Assembly: GCA_965228895.1 (NCBI GenBank)
Contig: OZ245842.1
Coordinates: 2,048,001 to 2,112,000 of the forward strand
Origin: Alphaproteobacteria bacterium
Lineage (GTDB): Bacteria > Pseudomonadota > Alphaproteobacteria > SP197
Length of the DNA: 64,000 nucleotides
Direction of reading: 5' to 3'
Under the pieces are notes generated by a model. It was not told the DNA's origin and did not search any database. It saw only the letters and a program-made list of their open reading frames with translations. The first letter of the stretch is position 1. Every line of letters starts with the position of its first letter. Both the position numbers and the translations under genes were made by a program. This document shows positions 39,246 through 49,303 of the stretch, one piece after another.

Positions 39246-39893
39246 CTAGGTCAGTTCGGCCACCACCTGATCGGTCGTGCGTTGACGGCAGTAGCCTTTG
39301 ATCTCGTTGAGCGCGTTGTCGTGGCGTTCTTGGGAGTAGGTGGCGCAGGCATCGCCGACCAGCGTGACGAGATAACCGAGGTCGCAGGCGTCGCGTACCG
39401 CTGATTCCACACACTGATCGGTGATCAACCCGCTGATCACCAGCTGGCGGACGCCCAGGTTGCGCAGGATGTAATCGATGTGAGTCGAGACGAAGACGCT
39501 GGACGATGATTTGGGCAGCCAGATCTCATCGTCGTCCGGTGCGATCTCGTCGATGACCTTGCCATCCCACGAGCCCTTGGGCACGTGGAAGCCGGTGATC
39601 TTGTAGTCCAGGCTGCGGTCGCGGCCGTCCTTGGTCAGGCTCTCGATGGTCGTGTACATGACCTCGATACCCACTTTGCGGCACGCAGTCTGCAGACGCT
39701 GCATGTTGGGTTTGACCGTCTGCTCCAACCGCTCGAAGTAGTAGCCGTAGCGGGCATCGATATCGGCTGCCGACAGCCCCTCGAATTCGCCGCCGTCCGT
39801 CCGCGCGCAGAAATTCTGCACATCGATGAACAGGAGAGCTGACTGGCTGGGTTCTAGAGGAATTTCGCGGCTCGGTTTGGGTTCTTGTGTCAT
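39246..39893 (-). CDS. Isochorismatase-family cysteine hydrolase
   Basis: IDVQN, K.SSSVF and TDQCV (Asp-Lys-Cys triad). Confidence 0.92.
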   Translation of the reverse strand: MTQEPKPSREIPLEPSQSALLFIDVQNFCARTDGGEFEGLSAADIDARYGYYFERLEQTVKPNMQRLQTACRKVGIEVMYTTIESLTKDGRDRSLDYKITGFHVPKGSWDGKVIDEIAPDDDEIWLPKSSSSVFVSTHIDYILRNLGVRQLVISGLITDQCVESAVRDACDLGYLVTLVGDACATYSQERHDNALNEIKGYCRQRTTDQVVAELT

Positions 39894-39920
39894 GGCGCTG
39901 TCCGGGTTGGCGGATCGCTC

Positions 39921-41069
39921 TTAGGCCGAATGGGCTCGCGGATAGATCCGCGCGGCGTTCTGGGTGGCGATCATGGCGATGATACGGTCGGCCTCGGCGA
40001 CATTGCACATGTCGTCGGCGATCCAGCGGTCCAGATGCTGTTTGAGCGCGCGGCGAAACTGCAACTGACCGAGATAATAGAGCTCGGCAAGGCCAAAGGC
40101 ATCGGAGCTATAGAGCTGTTTGTAGAACGGTCCCATCTCCAGCGCTTCGCCCAGGATGTCGGCGGCCTGCGGTCCGGCGAAGTTCAGGATCACGCCGACA
40201 TCGTAGTAGACGTTCTGAAAGATCTCGGCGAGCCAGGCGGCCTCGCGCTGGAACGGATAGTTGTGCAGCAGGGTACACGGCACCTCCCAGCCTTCCATGG
40301 CGCGCAGATAGTCGGTGAAATGGCTGGGATCACAGGCGTGCATGTAGATATCGGGATCGCCGAACCCGACATGGATCTGAAGCGGCAGTTTATGGTCGCG
40401 GCATAATGCGCCGCCGGCCCACAAGCCATGGCGGACGATCTCAACCTCGTTCAAGCGGAACTTGCCGGTTTTTTCCGACGCCTTGAACCATCGGTCCGTG
40501 CCCGCCTGGACCTGTTCTTTGGTCGGCGGCGTCTGGTCGATGGCGAAGGTGACGCGATAGGCGACGATGGTCTTCAAGCCCACCGCATGTTGGGCCCGTT
40601 TGGCGAGTTCTTCGGTGAACGCTGCGGGAAAGTCCCTGGCCGATACACCGCTGCGTGCGACTTCTTCGGCCACCGCTTCGATGCGCACGACTTCGTAAGC
40701 CGGGCGGTCCGACAACTCGGCCATCATCGGCGGGGTGGCGATATCGTCGCTGCGGTGGCCGGTATCGACCAAGAGGCTCTCCAGGCCGCAGGTCCGCAGC
40801 AGCCTTTTGTTGACCTCCTCGGCACCCAGGGCGCGGCGTCGTTCGACATAGGCTTCGCCGCTGCAGAACGGTTCGAGGTCCAGCAGCGGTGCGCACCAGC
40901 GCCGCACCACCAGGCCGAGCGGCTTATCGAACTGGGATGTGCCCGGCGGAGGCGGTTTGTAACTCTCGCTCATCAGCGCCTCGAACGTGGCGAGGTCGAG
41001 ATCGCTGGGCACCACGCCGTGGCAGTGGTGGTCGATCAGGGGCAGGTCGACATTGGGTTCAGTAGGCAA
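39921..41069 (-). CDS. Amidohydrolase (FluG N-terminal/nodulin-6-like)
   Basis: IDHHCH, GLKTIVAYR, QIHVGFGD and YSSDAF motifs; TTG start overlaps GS stop. Confidence 0.88.
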   Translation of the reverse strand: MPTEPNVDLPLIDHHCHGVVPSDLDLATFEALMSESYKPPPPGTSQFDKPLGLVVRRWCAPLLDLEPFCSGEAYVERRRALGAEEVNKRLLRTCGLESLLVDTGHRSDDIATPPMMAELSDRPAYEVVRIEAVAEEVARSGVSARDFPAAFTEELAKRAQHAVGLKTIVAYRVTFAIDQTPPTKEQVQAGTDRWFKASEKTGKFRLNEVEIVRHGLWAGGALCRDHKLPLQIHVGFGDPDIYMHACDPSHFTDYLRAMEGWEVPCTLLHNYPFQREAAWLAEIFQNVYYDVGVILNFAGPQAADILGEALEMGPFYKQLYSSDAFGLAELYYLGQLQFRRALKQHLDRWIADDMCNVAEADRIIAMIATQNAARIYPRAHSA

Positions 41070-42372
41070 AGCGGTACCTCTCACACATGGCTTCGGGGCT
41101 TTGATCGGCGAACATCGCGCTCTCATAGCGTTTGAGGGAGGTGTAGGCCTCGATCATGATGGGCGAAAACCAGCCGAGCACCGTTTCGTCGCCGGCGAAG
41201 GCTTCGAGCGCCGCGTCCAATGATTGAGGCAGCGGTTCGATCCCGAGCTCCCGGCGTTCGGCGTCGCTGAGGTCGGCTGGATCGCTGTCGAGCAGGGGTG
41301 GCAACGCCAGTTTGCCCCGAATGCCTTCAAGGCCCGCACGCACGATTGCGCCCAGGGCCAGATAGGGGCTTGCTGTCGCATCGGTGGCGCGGAATTCGAT
41401 GTTGAACGCGTTGCCGCGCTCGGCGGGATCATGTTTGGGCGAAGGGCAGATACGGATCGCCGCCTCGCGGTTCTGGACGCCGACGGCGTTGTAGCCGCAG
41501 CTCCAATGGTGCGGTCCAAGCCGCAGGTAGGAGACCGGGCTCGGCGCGGCCAGCGCGGTCAAGGCCGCCATATGGCGCGAGATGCCGGCGACGAAGTGGG
41601 CGGCGACGTCGCTCAGTTCGCCCGGCCCATCCGGGTCGAAGGCGGCGGGATTGCCCTGGTCGTCGCGAAAGCTCATGTGCAGATGACAGCCGTTGCCGAC
41701 CCCATCGGGCGTCGGCTTCGGTGTCACCGTGGCATGCAGACCGCAGCGCCGGGCGACCTCGCGCAGAACTTCCCGCGTTACGACGACACGATCGGCGCCG
41801 GCAACACCTTCAGCCGGTCCGCAGCTGATCTCGTATTGACTAAGACCATATTCCGGCTCGACCGTCTCCAGGCCGACATCGACGCTCTTGAGCGCCGCCA
41901 CGAGGCGCTCGATAAACGGCGCGACCTGACGCGCGCTGCCAAGCGAGAAGGGTGCGACCCAGGGACCGTCGCCACCGGTTAGCAGGAATTCGTTCTCATA
42001 GGCCGAGTGCAGTGTCAGCCCGGTCTCGGCTTTCAGATCGTCAAGCGCAGCGATCAGGAAACTGCGGGTGCAGCACTCCCAGGGGCTGCCGTCGGCGTTG
42101 AGCGAATTGCACAGGACGAAGTCCAAGGCCGGCCAGTCGCCATCGCCATCCAGGTGAACCTGGGTCGCCGGGTCGGGCGTTTGCCGCAGTTCGGTCATCG
42201 GACCCCAGGGGTTCGGCGCGATATCCTCGAACGGTGTCAGCGACTGTCCGGCCGCGGCCCAGCCCAAGCCGTGTTGTTTGCGGCTCTCGTATTCGCTCTT
42301 CGGTACGCCGCGCGTGCGCGCCAACCCGACCAGGTCGTTCCAGACCAGATAAACGACATCCCCCTCACTCAT
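41059..42372 (-). CDS. Glutamine synthetase-like gamma-glutamylamide ligase
   Basis: YENEF, EPEYGLSQYE, GNGCHLH, NREAAIR and EFRATD motifs. Confidence 0.92.
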   Translation of the reverse strand: MSEGDVVYLVWNDLVGLARTRGVPKSEYESRKQHGLGWAAAGQSLTPFEDIAPNPWGPMTELRQTPDPATQVHLDGDGDWPALDFVLCNSLNADGSPWECCTRSFLIAALDDLKAETGLTLHSAYENEFLLTGGDGPWVAPFSLGSARQVAPFIERLVAALKSVDVGLETVEPEYGLSQYEISCGPAEGVAGADRVVVTREVLREVARRCGLHATVTPKPTPDGVGNGCHLHMSFRDDQGNPAAFDPDGPGELSDVAAHFVAGISRHMAALTALAAPSPVSYLRLGPHHWSCGYNAVGVQNREAAIRICPSPKHDPAERGNAFNIEFRATDATASPYLALGAIVRAGLEGIRGKLALPPLLDSDPADLSDAERRELGIEPLPQSLDAALEAFAGDETVLGWFSPIMIEAYTSLKRYESAMFADQSPEAMCERYRFAY

Positions 42373-42375
42373 GAC

Positions 42376-43281
42376 TTAGCTTCGTCCCCCGTCGTTCTCC
42401 TGTTCGCTCCATGTCGAGCCCGTCCTGAGCTCCTCAAGCACCTCGATGCGCTGACGGATCGACGTCCCCATGCGTGCAACCAGCGCGGCCAGCAAGGTCT
42501 CGGCGACGGCGAGGGCAGCGACAAGCGAGTCATAGGGCGACGGCGCTTCGACGCTGGCGGTCAGCACATGATCGGCGATGTCGGCAATTGGCGACAGCCA
42601 GGGATCGGTGATCAGGACAATCGTCACACCGCGTTTCGCGGCCTTGTGGGCAAAGTCCACGGTGTCCTTCTGGTAGCGTCGAAAGTCGAAGACGATGAGC
42701 ACATCGCGCCGGCCCATGTCGAGCAGACTGTCGTTCCGCAAGCCGCCGTCGGACCCGATAAGTCGGCAGTTCGGCCGAAACTGGAAGAGATCGGAGAAAA
42801 GGGCGGTCGCGCATGTCTGCGACGAGCGCCCGCCGGTCGTCCAGATCGGCCGCCGCGGGTCGGCCAGAAGCTCGACCACGGCCTCGATTTCGGCACGCGG
42901 CAGATTGGCAAAGGTCGCGTCGAGCGCGCGCACGAAGGTCTGGTGCGCCTGCTCAACGACATCCTTCGGGCCCGACTTGGCGCGCCGGCGTTCGTACATG
43001 CGAAGTGGGGAATCAATGCGCGCGGCGAGATCCTGGCGCAGCGCCTTTTGAAACTCTGGATAACCAGCGAAGCCGAGTTTGGTTGCGAAGCGCACGACGG
43101 TCGGGCCGCTGACCTGTGTGCGCTGCGCAAGCTCGGCCACGGTGTCGAAGCCCGCCATCATGTTGGTGGCGAAGAGCGCGCGCGCGACCTTACGTTCGGA
43201 TGGCGTTAGATCGGCGGAGCGCTGATGAATCAACTCGCCCAGCGTCGTGCGCTCGGTGTCTTTATCCGTCGCCGCAGTCAT
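42376..43281 (-). CDS. MurR/RpiR family transcriptional regulator
   Basis: LTPSERKVA, SGPTVVRFATKLGFAGY and SIS domain (FDFRRY, LITD). Confidence 0.92.
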   Translation of the reverse strand: MTAATDKDTERTTLGELIHQRSADLTPSERKVARALFATNMMAGFDTVAELAQRTQVSGPTVVRFATKLGFAGYPEFQKALRQDLAARIDSPLRMYERRRAKSGPKDVVEQAHQTFVRALDATFANLPRAEIEAVVELLADPRRPIWTTGGRSSQTCATALFSDLFQFRPNCRLIGSDGGLRNDSLLDMGRRDVLIVFDFRRYQKDTVDFAHKAAKRGVTIVLITDPWLSPIADIADHVLTASVEAPSPYDSLVAALAVAETLLAALVARMGTSIRQRIEVLEELRTGSTWSEQENDGGRS

Positions 43282-43296
43282 GTAACAAGCATTACA
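43281..43296. promoter_or_regulatory. RpiR/HexR-type operator TGTAA-N6-TTACA
   Basis: tgtaacaagcattaca abuts the rpiR start codon in the divergent promoter; extra TGTAAC half-site near 43320. Confidence 0.6.
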
Positions 43297-43401
43297 GAAC
43301 GGATCGAAACGGTCAATTGTGTAACATGAAGCTTGACGGGCTAAACGGCAGGTCCCTATCGTTGTTCCATAACCAACCGTTAACAAAGCGGGGACAAAGG
43401 G

Positions 43402-45297
43402 GTGGGGCAGCCGGCTGCCGGCAAGGGGCAATCACCAGGGCCGAGTGGGGGCGTGATGCGGTTGCTGCCGCAGGGCACGGTGCCCGGCAGTCTGATTCTC
43501 ATTGTCCCGATCGTTATCGTAACGCTGATTGCTTGGCAGACCGTTGGCGCGGCCATGCAGGGCACGGTCACCCACTACCTTGTCATGACCGTCGCGGTCC
43601 TGGCGTTCAGCATCTTCACCGGCAACTCGGGCATTCTGAGTTTCGGTCACGCCGCCTTCATGGGGTTGGCGGCGCACATCACCGGTGCGCTGACCATACC
43701 GGCGGCGCAGAAGGCGATTTTTCTGCCCGAACTGCCCATGTGGCTGGCCCAGACGGAGCTCAGTTTTCTGACTGCCGGCCTCATCGCGGTTGTCATCGTC
43801 ACGGTGATAGCCTTCCTGATCGGTGTGCCGATCGCCAGGCTTGGTGGTCCGTCGGCGGCCATCGCGACCCTGGGCCTGTTGATCATCATCTACGGCGTCA
43901 TCGTCGGTGCGCGTGATTTCACGCGCGGTAGCCAGGCGCTGATCGGCGTACCAAAGGAAATCGATATTCCGACGGCGTTGATCTTTGCCGCGCTGGCAAT
44001 CGTCATTGCCCGCGCCTTCCGGGATTCGCTCGCCGGACTCGAACTGCGCGCAGTGCGCGAGGACGAACCGGCGGCGCGCGCCATTGGCGTCAACGCGCCG
44101 GGCCGACGGCTTTTGGCCTGGACCGTCAGCGGCGGCGTCGCAGCACTTGCCGGTGTCCTGCTGGCGCATTATCTGGGCGTCTATTCGCCCAAGGAGTTCT
44201 ACTTCCAGATCACCTTCGCGATCCTGGTCATGCTGATTGTCGGCGGTATGACCAGCGTATCCGGCGCGGTGGTCGGCGCCATTGCCGTCACCGTGATGAT
44301 CGAGGTGTTGCGCACCGCCGAGGACCGCCTGAACGCCGACGTTTTCGGCGAACCCACCGTGTTCGGCCTGACCGATATCGGCCTCAGCCTGGCTATCCTG
44401 GCTATTCTGTTTTGGCGGCGCGAGGGCCTGTTCGGCTTCTGGGAAGTCGATGAGCTCTTCGGACGCTGGCGAAAACGAAACGTTAGCCATGACACCGCCC
44501 CGTCGACTTCGGAAGCCGCGGCCAAGATCGCGCCGGAAGGCAGCTTGGCCGTCGAAAACGTCGTCAAGGCGTTTGGCGGCCTGCGCGCGGTGGATGGCGC
44601 CAGCCTGGACCTCCGGCCGGGCGAAATCGTCGGCCTGATCGGCCCCAACGGCTCGGGCAAGACGACGCTGCTGGGCACGATCTCTGGCGCCCTGGAGTTG
44701 ACCGAAGGTCGCATCGAATTGGATGGCGACGACATCTCCGACCTGCCGGCCCATAAAATTGCGCGCCGCCATGTCGGCCGGACCTTCCAGAACATTCGCC
44801 TCTTCGTGCACTTGACCGTGCTCGACAACGTTAAGGTCGCGTTGGCGGCGAGCGGCACGCGCCTGGCGCCGGCGGAGATGGTGGCGCGTTCAACCGCGCT
44901 CTTGGGCGAACTCGGTATCGCCGACTATGCGTACCGGCGCGCCGGTACGCTGCCCTATGGTTTGCAGCGCCGGCTGGAGATCGCCCGGGCGCTGGCTCTT
45001 ACGCCGCGCTATCTGCTGCTCGACGAGCCGGCAGCGGGCATGAACGAAACGGAATCCGACGAACTGCTGGAGATCCTGGGCCGGTTGCGTGACAGCCGCG
45101 GTCTGGGCCTGCTGGTCGTCGACCACGACCTGCGCCTGATCATGCGTTTATGCGACCGGGTGGTCGTCTTGAACAAGGGACAGGTCATTGCCGAGGGCGC
45201 ACCGGGAGAGGTTCAAGCCAATCCCGATGTGATCGAGGCATATCTTGGCAAACGCAGGGCGGCGACCCGTGCCGCACCTGCACCACAAGGGAGGTAG
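43402..45297 (+). CDS. Branched-chain-type ABC permease + ATPase fusion (LivM-LivG)
   Basis: SFGHAAF and TM region followed by GPNGSGKT and LLLDEP. Confidence 0.92.
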   Translation: MGQPAAGKGQSPGPSGGVMRLLPQGTVPGSLILIVPIVIVTLIAWQTVGAAMQGTVTHYLVMTVAVLAFSIFTGNSGILSFGHAAFMGLAAHITGALTIPAAQKAIFLPELPMWLAQTELSFLTAGLIAVVIVTVIAFLIGVPIARLGGPSAAIATLGLLIIIYGVIVGARDFTRGSQALIGVPKEIDIPTALIFAALAIVIARAFRDSLAGLELRAVREDEPAARAIGVNAPGRRLLAWTVSGGVAALAGVLLAHYLGVYSPKEFYFQITFAILVMLIVGGMTSVSGAVVGAIAVTVMIEVLRTAEDRLNADVFGEPTVFGLTDIGLSLAILAILFWRREGLFGFWEVDELFGRWRKRNVSHDTAPSTSEAAAKIAPEGSLAVENVVKAFGGLRAVDGASLDLRPGEIVGLIGPNGSGKTTLLGTISGALELTEGRIELDGDDISDLPAHKIARRHVGRTFQNIRLFVHLTVLDNVKVALAASGTRLAPAEMVARSTALLGELGIADYAYRRAGTLPYGLQRRLEIARALALTPRYLLLDEPAAGMNETESDELLEILGRLRDSRGLGLLVVDHDLRLIMRLCDRVVVLNKGQVIAEGAPGEVQANPDVIEAYLGKRRAATRAAPAPQGR

Positions 45298-45302
45298 AGT
45301 TA

Positions 45303-46475
45303 ATGACGATATCCCGTTGGTTAAAGACAACCGCCATGTCGGCGGCGCTGGTCGGCGCCGGTGCGATGGCCGGTACGGCGGTAGCGCAAGACACGCTGAT
45401 CATCGGCTATGCCGGTGGCCACACCGGCTATTTGGCGCCCTACGACCAGCCGTCGCTGAAAGGCGTGCAACTGGCGATCGAGGAGATCAATGCGGCCGGT
45501 GGTATCGGCGGCACCATGCCAATCGAACTGATCGTCAAGGACACCCGCTCCGACACGGCCCAGGCTGCCGTGGCGGCGCAGGAACTGGTCGATGAGGGCG
45601 TTCATGTCATGATCGTCAGCTGCGACGTCGACCCGGCCGTTGCGTCCGGCGTCGTCGCCCAGGCTGCCGAGATCCCGTCGGTCAGTTCATGCGCTTCGAC
45701 GCCGACCCTGCCGGCGGCGGTTGGCCCCTACATGTTCAGCAACTACACCGCCGACAACCTGCAGGCGGCTGTGCTGGCCGACTACGCGCGTCAGGAAGGT
45801 TATGAAAACGCCTATGTCCTTCTGTCGCGTGACACGCCTTACACGGAGAAGCTGCCTGAGTACTTTGCCGAAGCGTTCGGCGATCGCGGCGGCAACGTCG
45901 TCATGATCGGCGAATACACCATGGGCCAGCAGGACTTTTCGGCCGAGGTCACCAACATCACCGGCCTCGATCCGCAGCCCGACGTCATCATGACATCGGC
46001 CTATGAGCCCGATTTCCCGGCGTTCATCAAGCAGCTTCGGGCAGCCGGCATCGATACGCCGGTGCTGGGTTCCGACGGCATCGATTCGCCGACCACGTTC
46101 TCGCTCGGTGACGTCTCCGAAGGCGTTGTCTTCTCCAACGCCGGCTTCCCCTCGGAAGGCAGTGCGCTTGAGGCGTACGAAGTCGCCTATGAGGAGAAGT
46201 ATGGCGAGCCCAACGACACGATCTTCTCGGCCACCGGTTATGACATCGTCAAGGTCGTGGCCGCGGCGGTCGAGCAGGCCGGGTCGACGGACGGCGCGGC
46301 CATCCGTGATGCCTGGGACAACCTGGAGAACGTCGAGGTGGCGACCGGCACGATGACCTACAAGGGTCAGGAACGTGTGCCCGTGCGTGTCGTTGCCTTG
46401 AACCGTGTCAACAACGGCCTGCGTGAGCATGTCGGTGACTTCTCGCCTGATCCGTCACAGATCCCTGCTCCGTGA
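45303..46475 (+). CDS. ABC substrate-binding protein (LivK-like)
   Basis: Signal peptide; EEINAAGGI and DFSA motifs. Confidence 0.92.
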   Translation: MTISRWLKTTAMSAALVGAGAMAGTAVAQDTLIIGYAGGHTGYLAPYDQPSLKGVQLAIEEINAAGGIGGTMPIELIVKDTRSDTAQAAVAAQELVDEGVHVMIVSCDVDPAVASGVVAQAAEIPSVSSCASTPTLPAAVGPYMFSNYTADNLQAAVLADYARQEGYENAYVLLSRDTPYTEKLPEYFAEAFGDRGGNVVMIGEYTMGQQDFSAEVTNITGLDPQPDVIMTSAYEPDFPAFIKQLRAAGIDTPVLGSDGIDSPTTFSLGDVSEGVVFSNAGFPSEGSALEAYEVAYEEKYGEPNDTIFSATGYDIVKVVAAAVEQAGSTDGAAIRDAWDNLENVEVATGTMTYKGQERVPVRVVALNRVNNGLREHVGDFSPDPSQIPAP

Positions 46476-47197
46476 GCGATCAGGGCCACGTACTGACGGT
46501 TGAGGGGCTCACGGTCCGCTACGGCGCTATCGAAGCCGTGCGGGGCGTGAGCCTCGCCGTCGACGACGGAGAGATTACGACCCTTCTCGGCGCCAATGGC
46601 GCCGGGAAGAGTTCGACACTGAACGCGATCATGGGCCTGGTGCCGGTAGCGGCCGGGACGGTCGTCTTGGAAGGCCGCAACGTGGCCGGCGAAGCGCCGG
46701 AGCGTGTCGTGCGCCGTGGCATGACTCTGACGCCGGAGGGCCGCCACGTCTTCGCCAACCTGACGGTGATGGAAAACCTGTCGCTGGGGGCGGCCTCGCG
46801 CCGCGACCGCAGCGAGATCGCCGCCACCCGTGACGATATGATGACCCTGTTCCCCGTGCTTGCCGAACGCCGCGAACAGGTGGCCGGTACGTTGTCTGGC
46901 GGTGAGCAGCAGATGCTGGCAATCGCGCGCTCGCTGATGTCGAAGCCGCGCATTCTTCTCTTGGACGAACCGTCGCTCGGCCTGGCGCCTCAGATCGTCG
47001 ATACGATCTTTGAGCTGATCGCCGGCCTGCGTGATCGTGGCCTGACCATCCTGCTGGTCGAACAGAACGTCGACCTGGCGCTCGAGATTGCCAACCGAGG
47101 TTATGTCATGGCCTCCGGTTCGATCGTCATGTCCGGCACGGCCGAAGAGCTTCGCCGCTCCGCCGGCGTCGAGCGCGCCTATATGGGCGTGGCCTGA
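46472..47197 (+). CDS. ABC ATP-binding protein (LivF-like)
   Basis: GANGAGKS, LSGGEQQMLA and LDEPSLGLAP motifs. Confidence 0.95.
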   Translation: MSDQGHVLTVEGLTVRYGAIEAVRGVSLAVDDGEITTLLGANGAGKSSTLNAIMGLVPVAAGTVVLEGRNVAGEAPERVVRRGMTLTPEGRHVFANLTVMENLSLGAASRRDRSEIAATRDDMMTLFPVLAERREQVAGTLSGGEQQMLAIARSLMSKPRILLLDEPSLGLAPQIVDTIFELIAGLRDRGLTILLVEQNVDLALEIANRGYVMASGSIVMSGTAEELRRSAGVERAYMGVA

Positions 47198-47221
47198 ACC
47201 GGACGGCGGGGCGGGGGCGCA

Positions 47222-48106
47222 ATGGATATCCTGGTTCAGCAGTCGGTCAACGCTTTGGCGCTTGGCGGCACCTATGCCTTGCTGGCGCTGGGCCTTGCCA
47301 TGGTGTTCAGCGTGCTCGGCCTGATCAACTTCGCCCATGGCGATCTGATGACGATCACCGGCTATGCCATGTTCTTCTGCATTGCCGGTGGCTTAGCGTT
47401 TCCCGTCGCCGTATTCGCCGGTATCCTGGCGGCGATTGCCGCGGCCGTCCTGATGGAGCGAGTTGCCTTCAGGCCGGTGCGCGACGCCAGTACGGCGACC
47501 ATGCTGCTGACCAGCTTTGCGGTCAGCACGATCCTGCACATGCTGTTCCAGAACCTGATCTCGGCACGGCCTCGGGCCATCCCGATGCCCAGTTTTCTCG
47601 GTGGTGCCATCGACATTGCGGGTTTCGATATTGGCGCCATTCAGGCGGTATCCATTAGCGCGACCGCCCTCTTGCTCTTCGCGCTCACCATGTTCCTGCG
47701 CCGCTCCATGCTGGGCATCGCCATGCGCGCGGCCTCGCTCGACTTCCCGACCACGCGGCTCATGGGCATCAACGCCAACGCCGTGATCTCGACGGCCTTC
47801 GCCATATCCGGCCTCTTGGCCGGTGTTGCCGGCGTGCTGTGGCTGGCGCAGCGCGGCTCCGTCGACCCGCTGATGGGTTTTCTGCCGGTGCTGAAGGCCT
47901 TTATCGCCGTCGTCCTCGGCGGTTTGGGCAGCCTCTCGGGCGCCGTCGTTGGTGGCCTCGTCTTGGGCATCATTGAAGTCGGCCTGCGTGCCTTTTTGCC
48001 TGAAGAACTGCTGCCGTTCCGTGAGTCCATCGCGCTGTCGCTGGTGATCATCCTGCTGCTGATACGGCCCGAAGGCCTGCTTGGGCGCAAGGAAGCCATT
48101 CGTTAG
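47222..48106 (+). CDS. ABC permease (LivH-like)
   Basis: INFAHG, GGLGS and RPEGLLG motifs. Confidence 0.93.
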   Translation: MDILVQQSVNALALGGTYALLALGLAMVFSVLGLINFAHGDLMTITGYAMFFCIAGGLAFPVAVFAGILAAIAAAVLMERVAFRPVRDASTATMLLTSFAVSTILHMLFQNLISARPRAIPMPSFLGGAIDIAGFDIGAIQAVSISATALLLFALTMFLRRSMLGIAMRAASLDFPTTRLMGINANAVISTAFAISGLLAGVAGVLWLAQRGSVDPLMGFLPVLKAFIAVVLGGLGSLSGAVVGGLVLGIIEVGLRAFLPEELLPFRESIALSLVIILLLIRPEGLLGRKEAIR

Positions 48107-48116
48107 GAGCGACGTC

Positions 48117-49292
48117 ATGACAGCGATCCAGAAAAAAGACGTCGTCGTGATAGGAGCCGGCATCGCCGGTGCATCGGCAGCCTACTTCTTGGCACAGCAG
48201 GGTATCGATGCGGCATTGGTAGAGCGCGAGCATCCTGCCAGCGGTCCCACCGGCACATCGTCGGCTGTCAGTCACCTGTTCTATACGGAGGCCGAGCTCT
48301 CACTGCTGGCCAGGCGTGGCTGCGAACTGCTGAAGGCCATCCCCGAGATCACCGGACACCCGCACCCGGTCTTCCACCCGGTTGGGATGTTATGGGCATG
48401 CGGAGCGAGTAACGAGGCGGTCTGGCGGGACGCGGCGACGCGCATTCGTGACGACGAGGGCGGCGGCATCGACATCCTGACACCGGGCGACATGGCGGGG
48501 ATGGCGCCGGGATTTGCCATGGATCAGATCGTCCTGGCTCTGTGGGAGGAGGCCTATGGCTATGCTGACCCCTATGACGCCACCAACGCCTTTGCGTCGG
48601 CGGCACGCGATGGCGGTGTCGAGGTGAAGCAGCAGGCCCGCGTTACCGAGCTAGAGGTAATGGCCGGCAAGGTATCGGGGCTTGCCCTGGCGAACGGCGA
48701 GCGGCTGGCGGCGGACTGCGTCATCTGCGCCATGGGGCCGTGGACAAGCTCGTTCGTTCGGGATCAAACCGGCGTTGATTTGCCGCTTCACATCGAGCGC
48801 CACGCCATGGCGGTTCTGGATGCCGCCGATCGTGCCGAGAGCGTTCTTCCGTTCGCATGGTGCGACGACATCAATGCCCATTACGCACGGCCCGAACGCG
48901 ATCACACCATCCTGGTCGGTACCTGGGCAGGTGGCGGTACCGGCGTTCGCAACGAGGAAGCCGACCGGCCCCAACAGCACACCGATCCCGACAACTTCGA
49001 CTCCGGATCATCACAGGATGAATCCGCCTGGATCGTGGAACAGGCCTTGCCGCGCATACCCGCGCTCGCAGAGCTCGGCATCAAACCAGGCTACGCCTGC
49101 CTCTACGATATGAGTCCGGACGATCTTCCGGTCGTCGACGCGGTGCCGGATGTTGACGGGCTCATTGTTGTCGCCGGATCCAGCGGCCATGGCTTCAAGC
49201 TTGGCCCCGCGGTCGGTGAGGAGGCCGTTCGGTTGGCGACCACCGGAGCTTCCGATCTGCTGGCACCTTTCGGCCTCTCTCGTTTCACCTGA
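48117..49292 (+). CDS. FAD-dependent amine oxidoreductase (DAO/sarcosine oxidase beta-like)
   Basis: GAGIAG, YDMSPDDLP and SGHGFKLGP motifs. Confidence 0.9.
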   Translation: MTAIQKKDVVVIGAGIAGASAAYFLAQQGIDAALVEREHPASGPTGTSSAVSHLFYTEAELSLLARRGCELLKAIPEITGHPHPVFHPVGMLWACGASNEAVWRDAATRIRDDEGGGIDILTPGDMAGMAPGFAMDQIVLALWEEAYGYADPYDATNAFASAARDGGVEVKQQARVTELEVMAGKVSGLALANGERLAADCVICAMGPWTSSFVRDQTGVDLPLHIERHAMAVLDAADRAESVLPFAWCDDINAHYARPERDHTILVGTWAGGGTGVRNEEADRPQQHTDPDNFDSGSSQDESAWIVEQALPRIPALAELGIKPGYACLYDMSPDDLPVVDAVPDVDGLIVVAGSSGHGFKLGPAVGEEAVRLATTGASDLLAPFGLSRFT

Positions 49293-49303
49293 TGGAGGAT
49301 AGC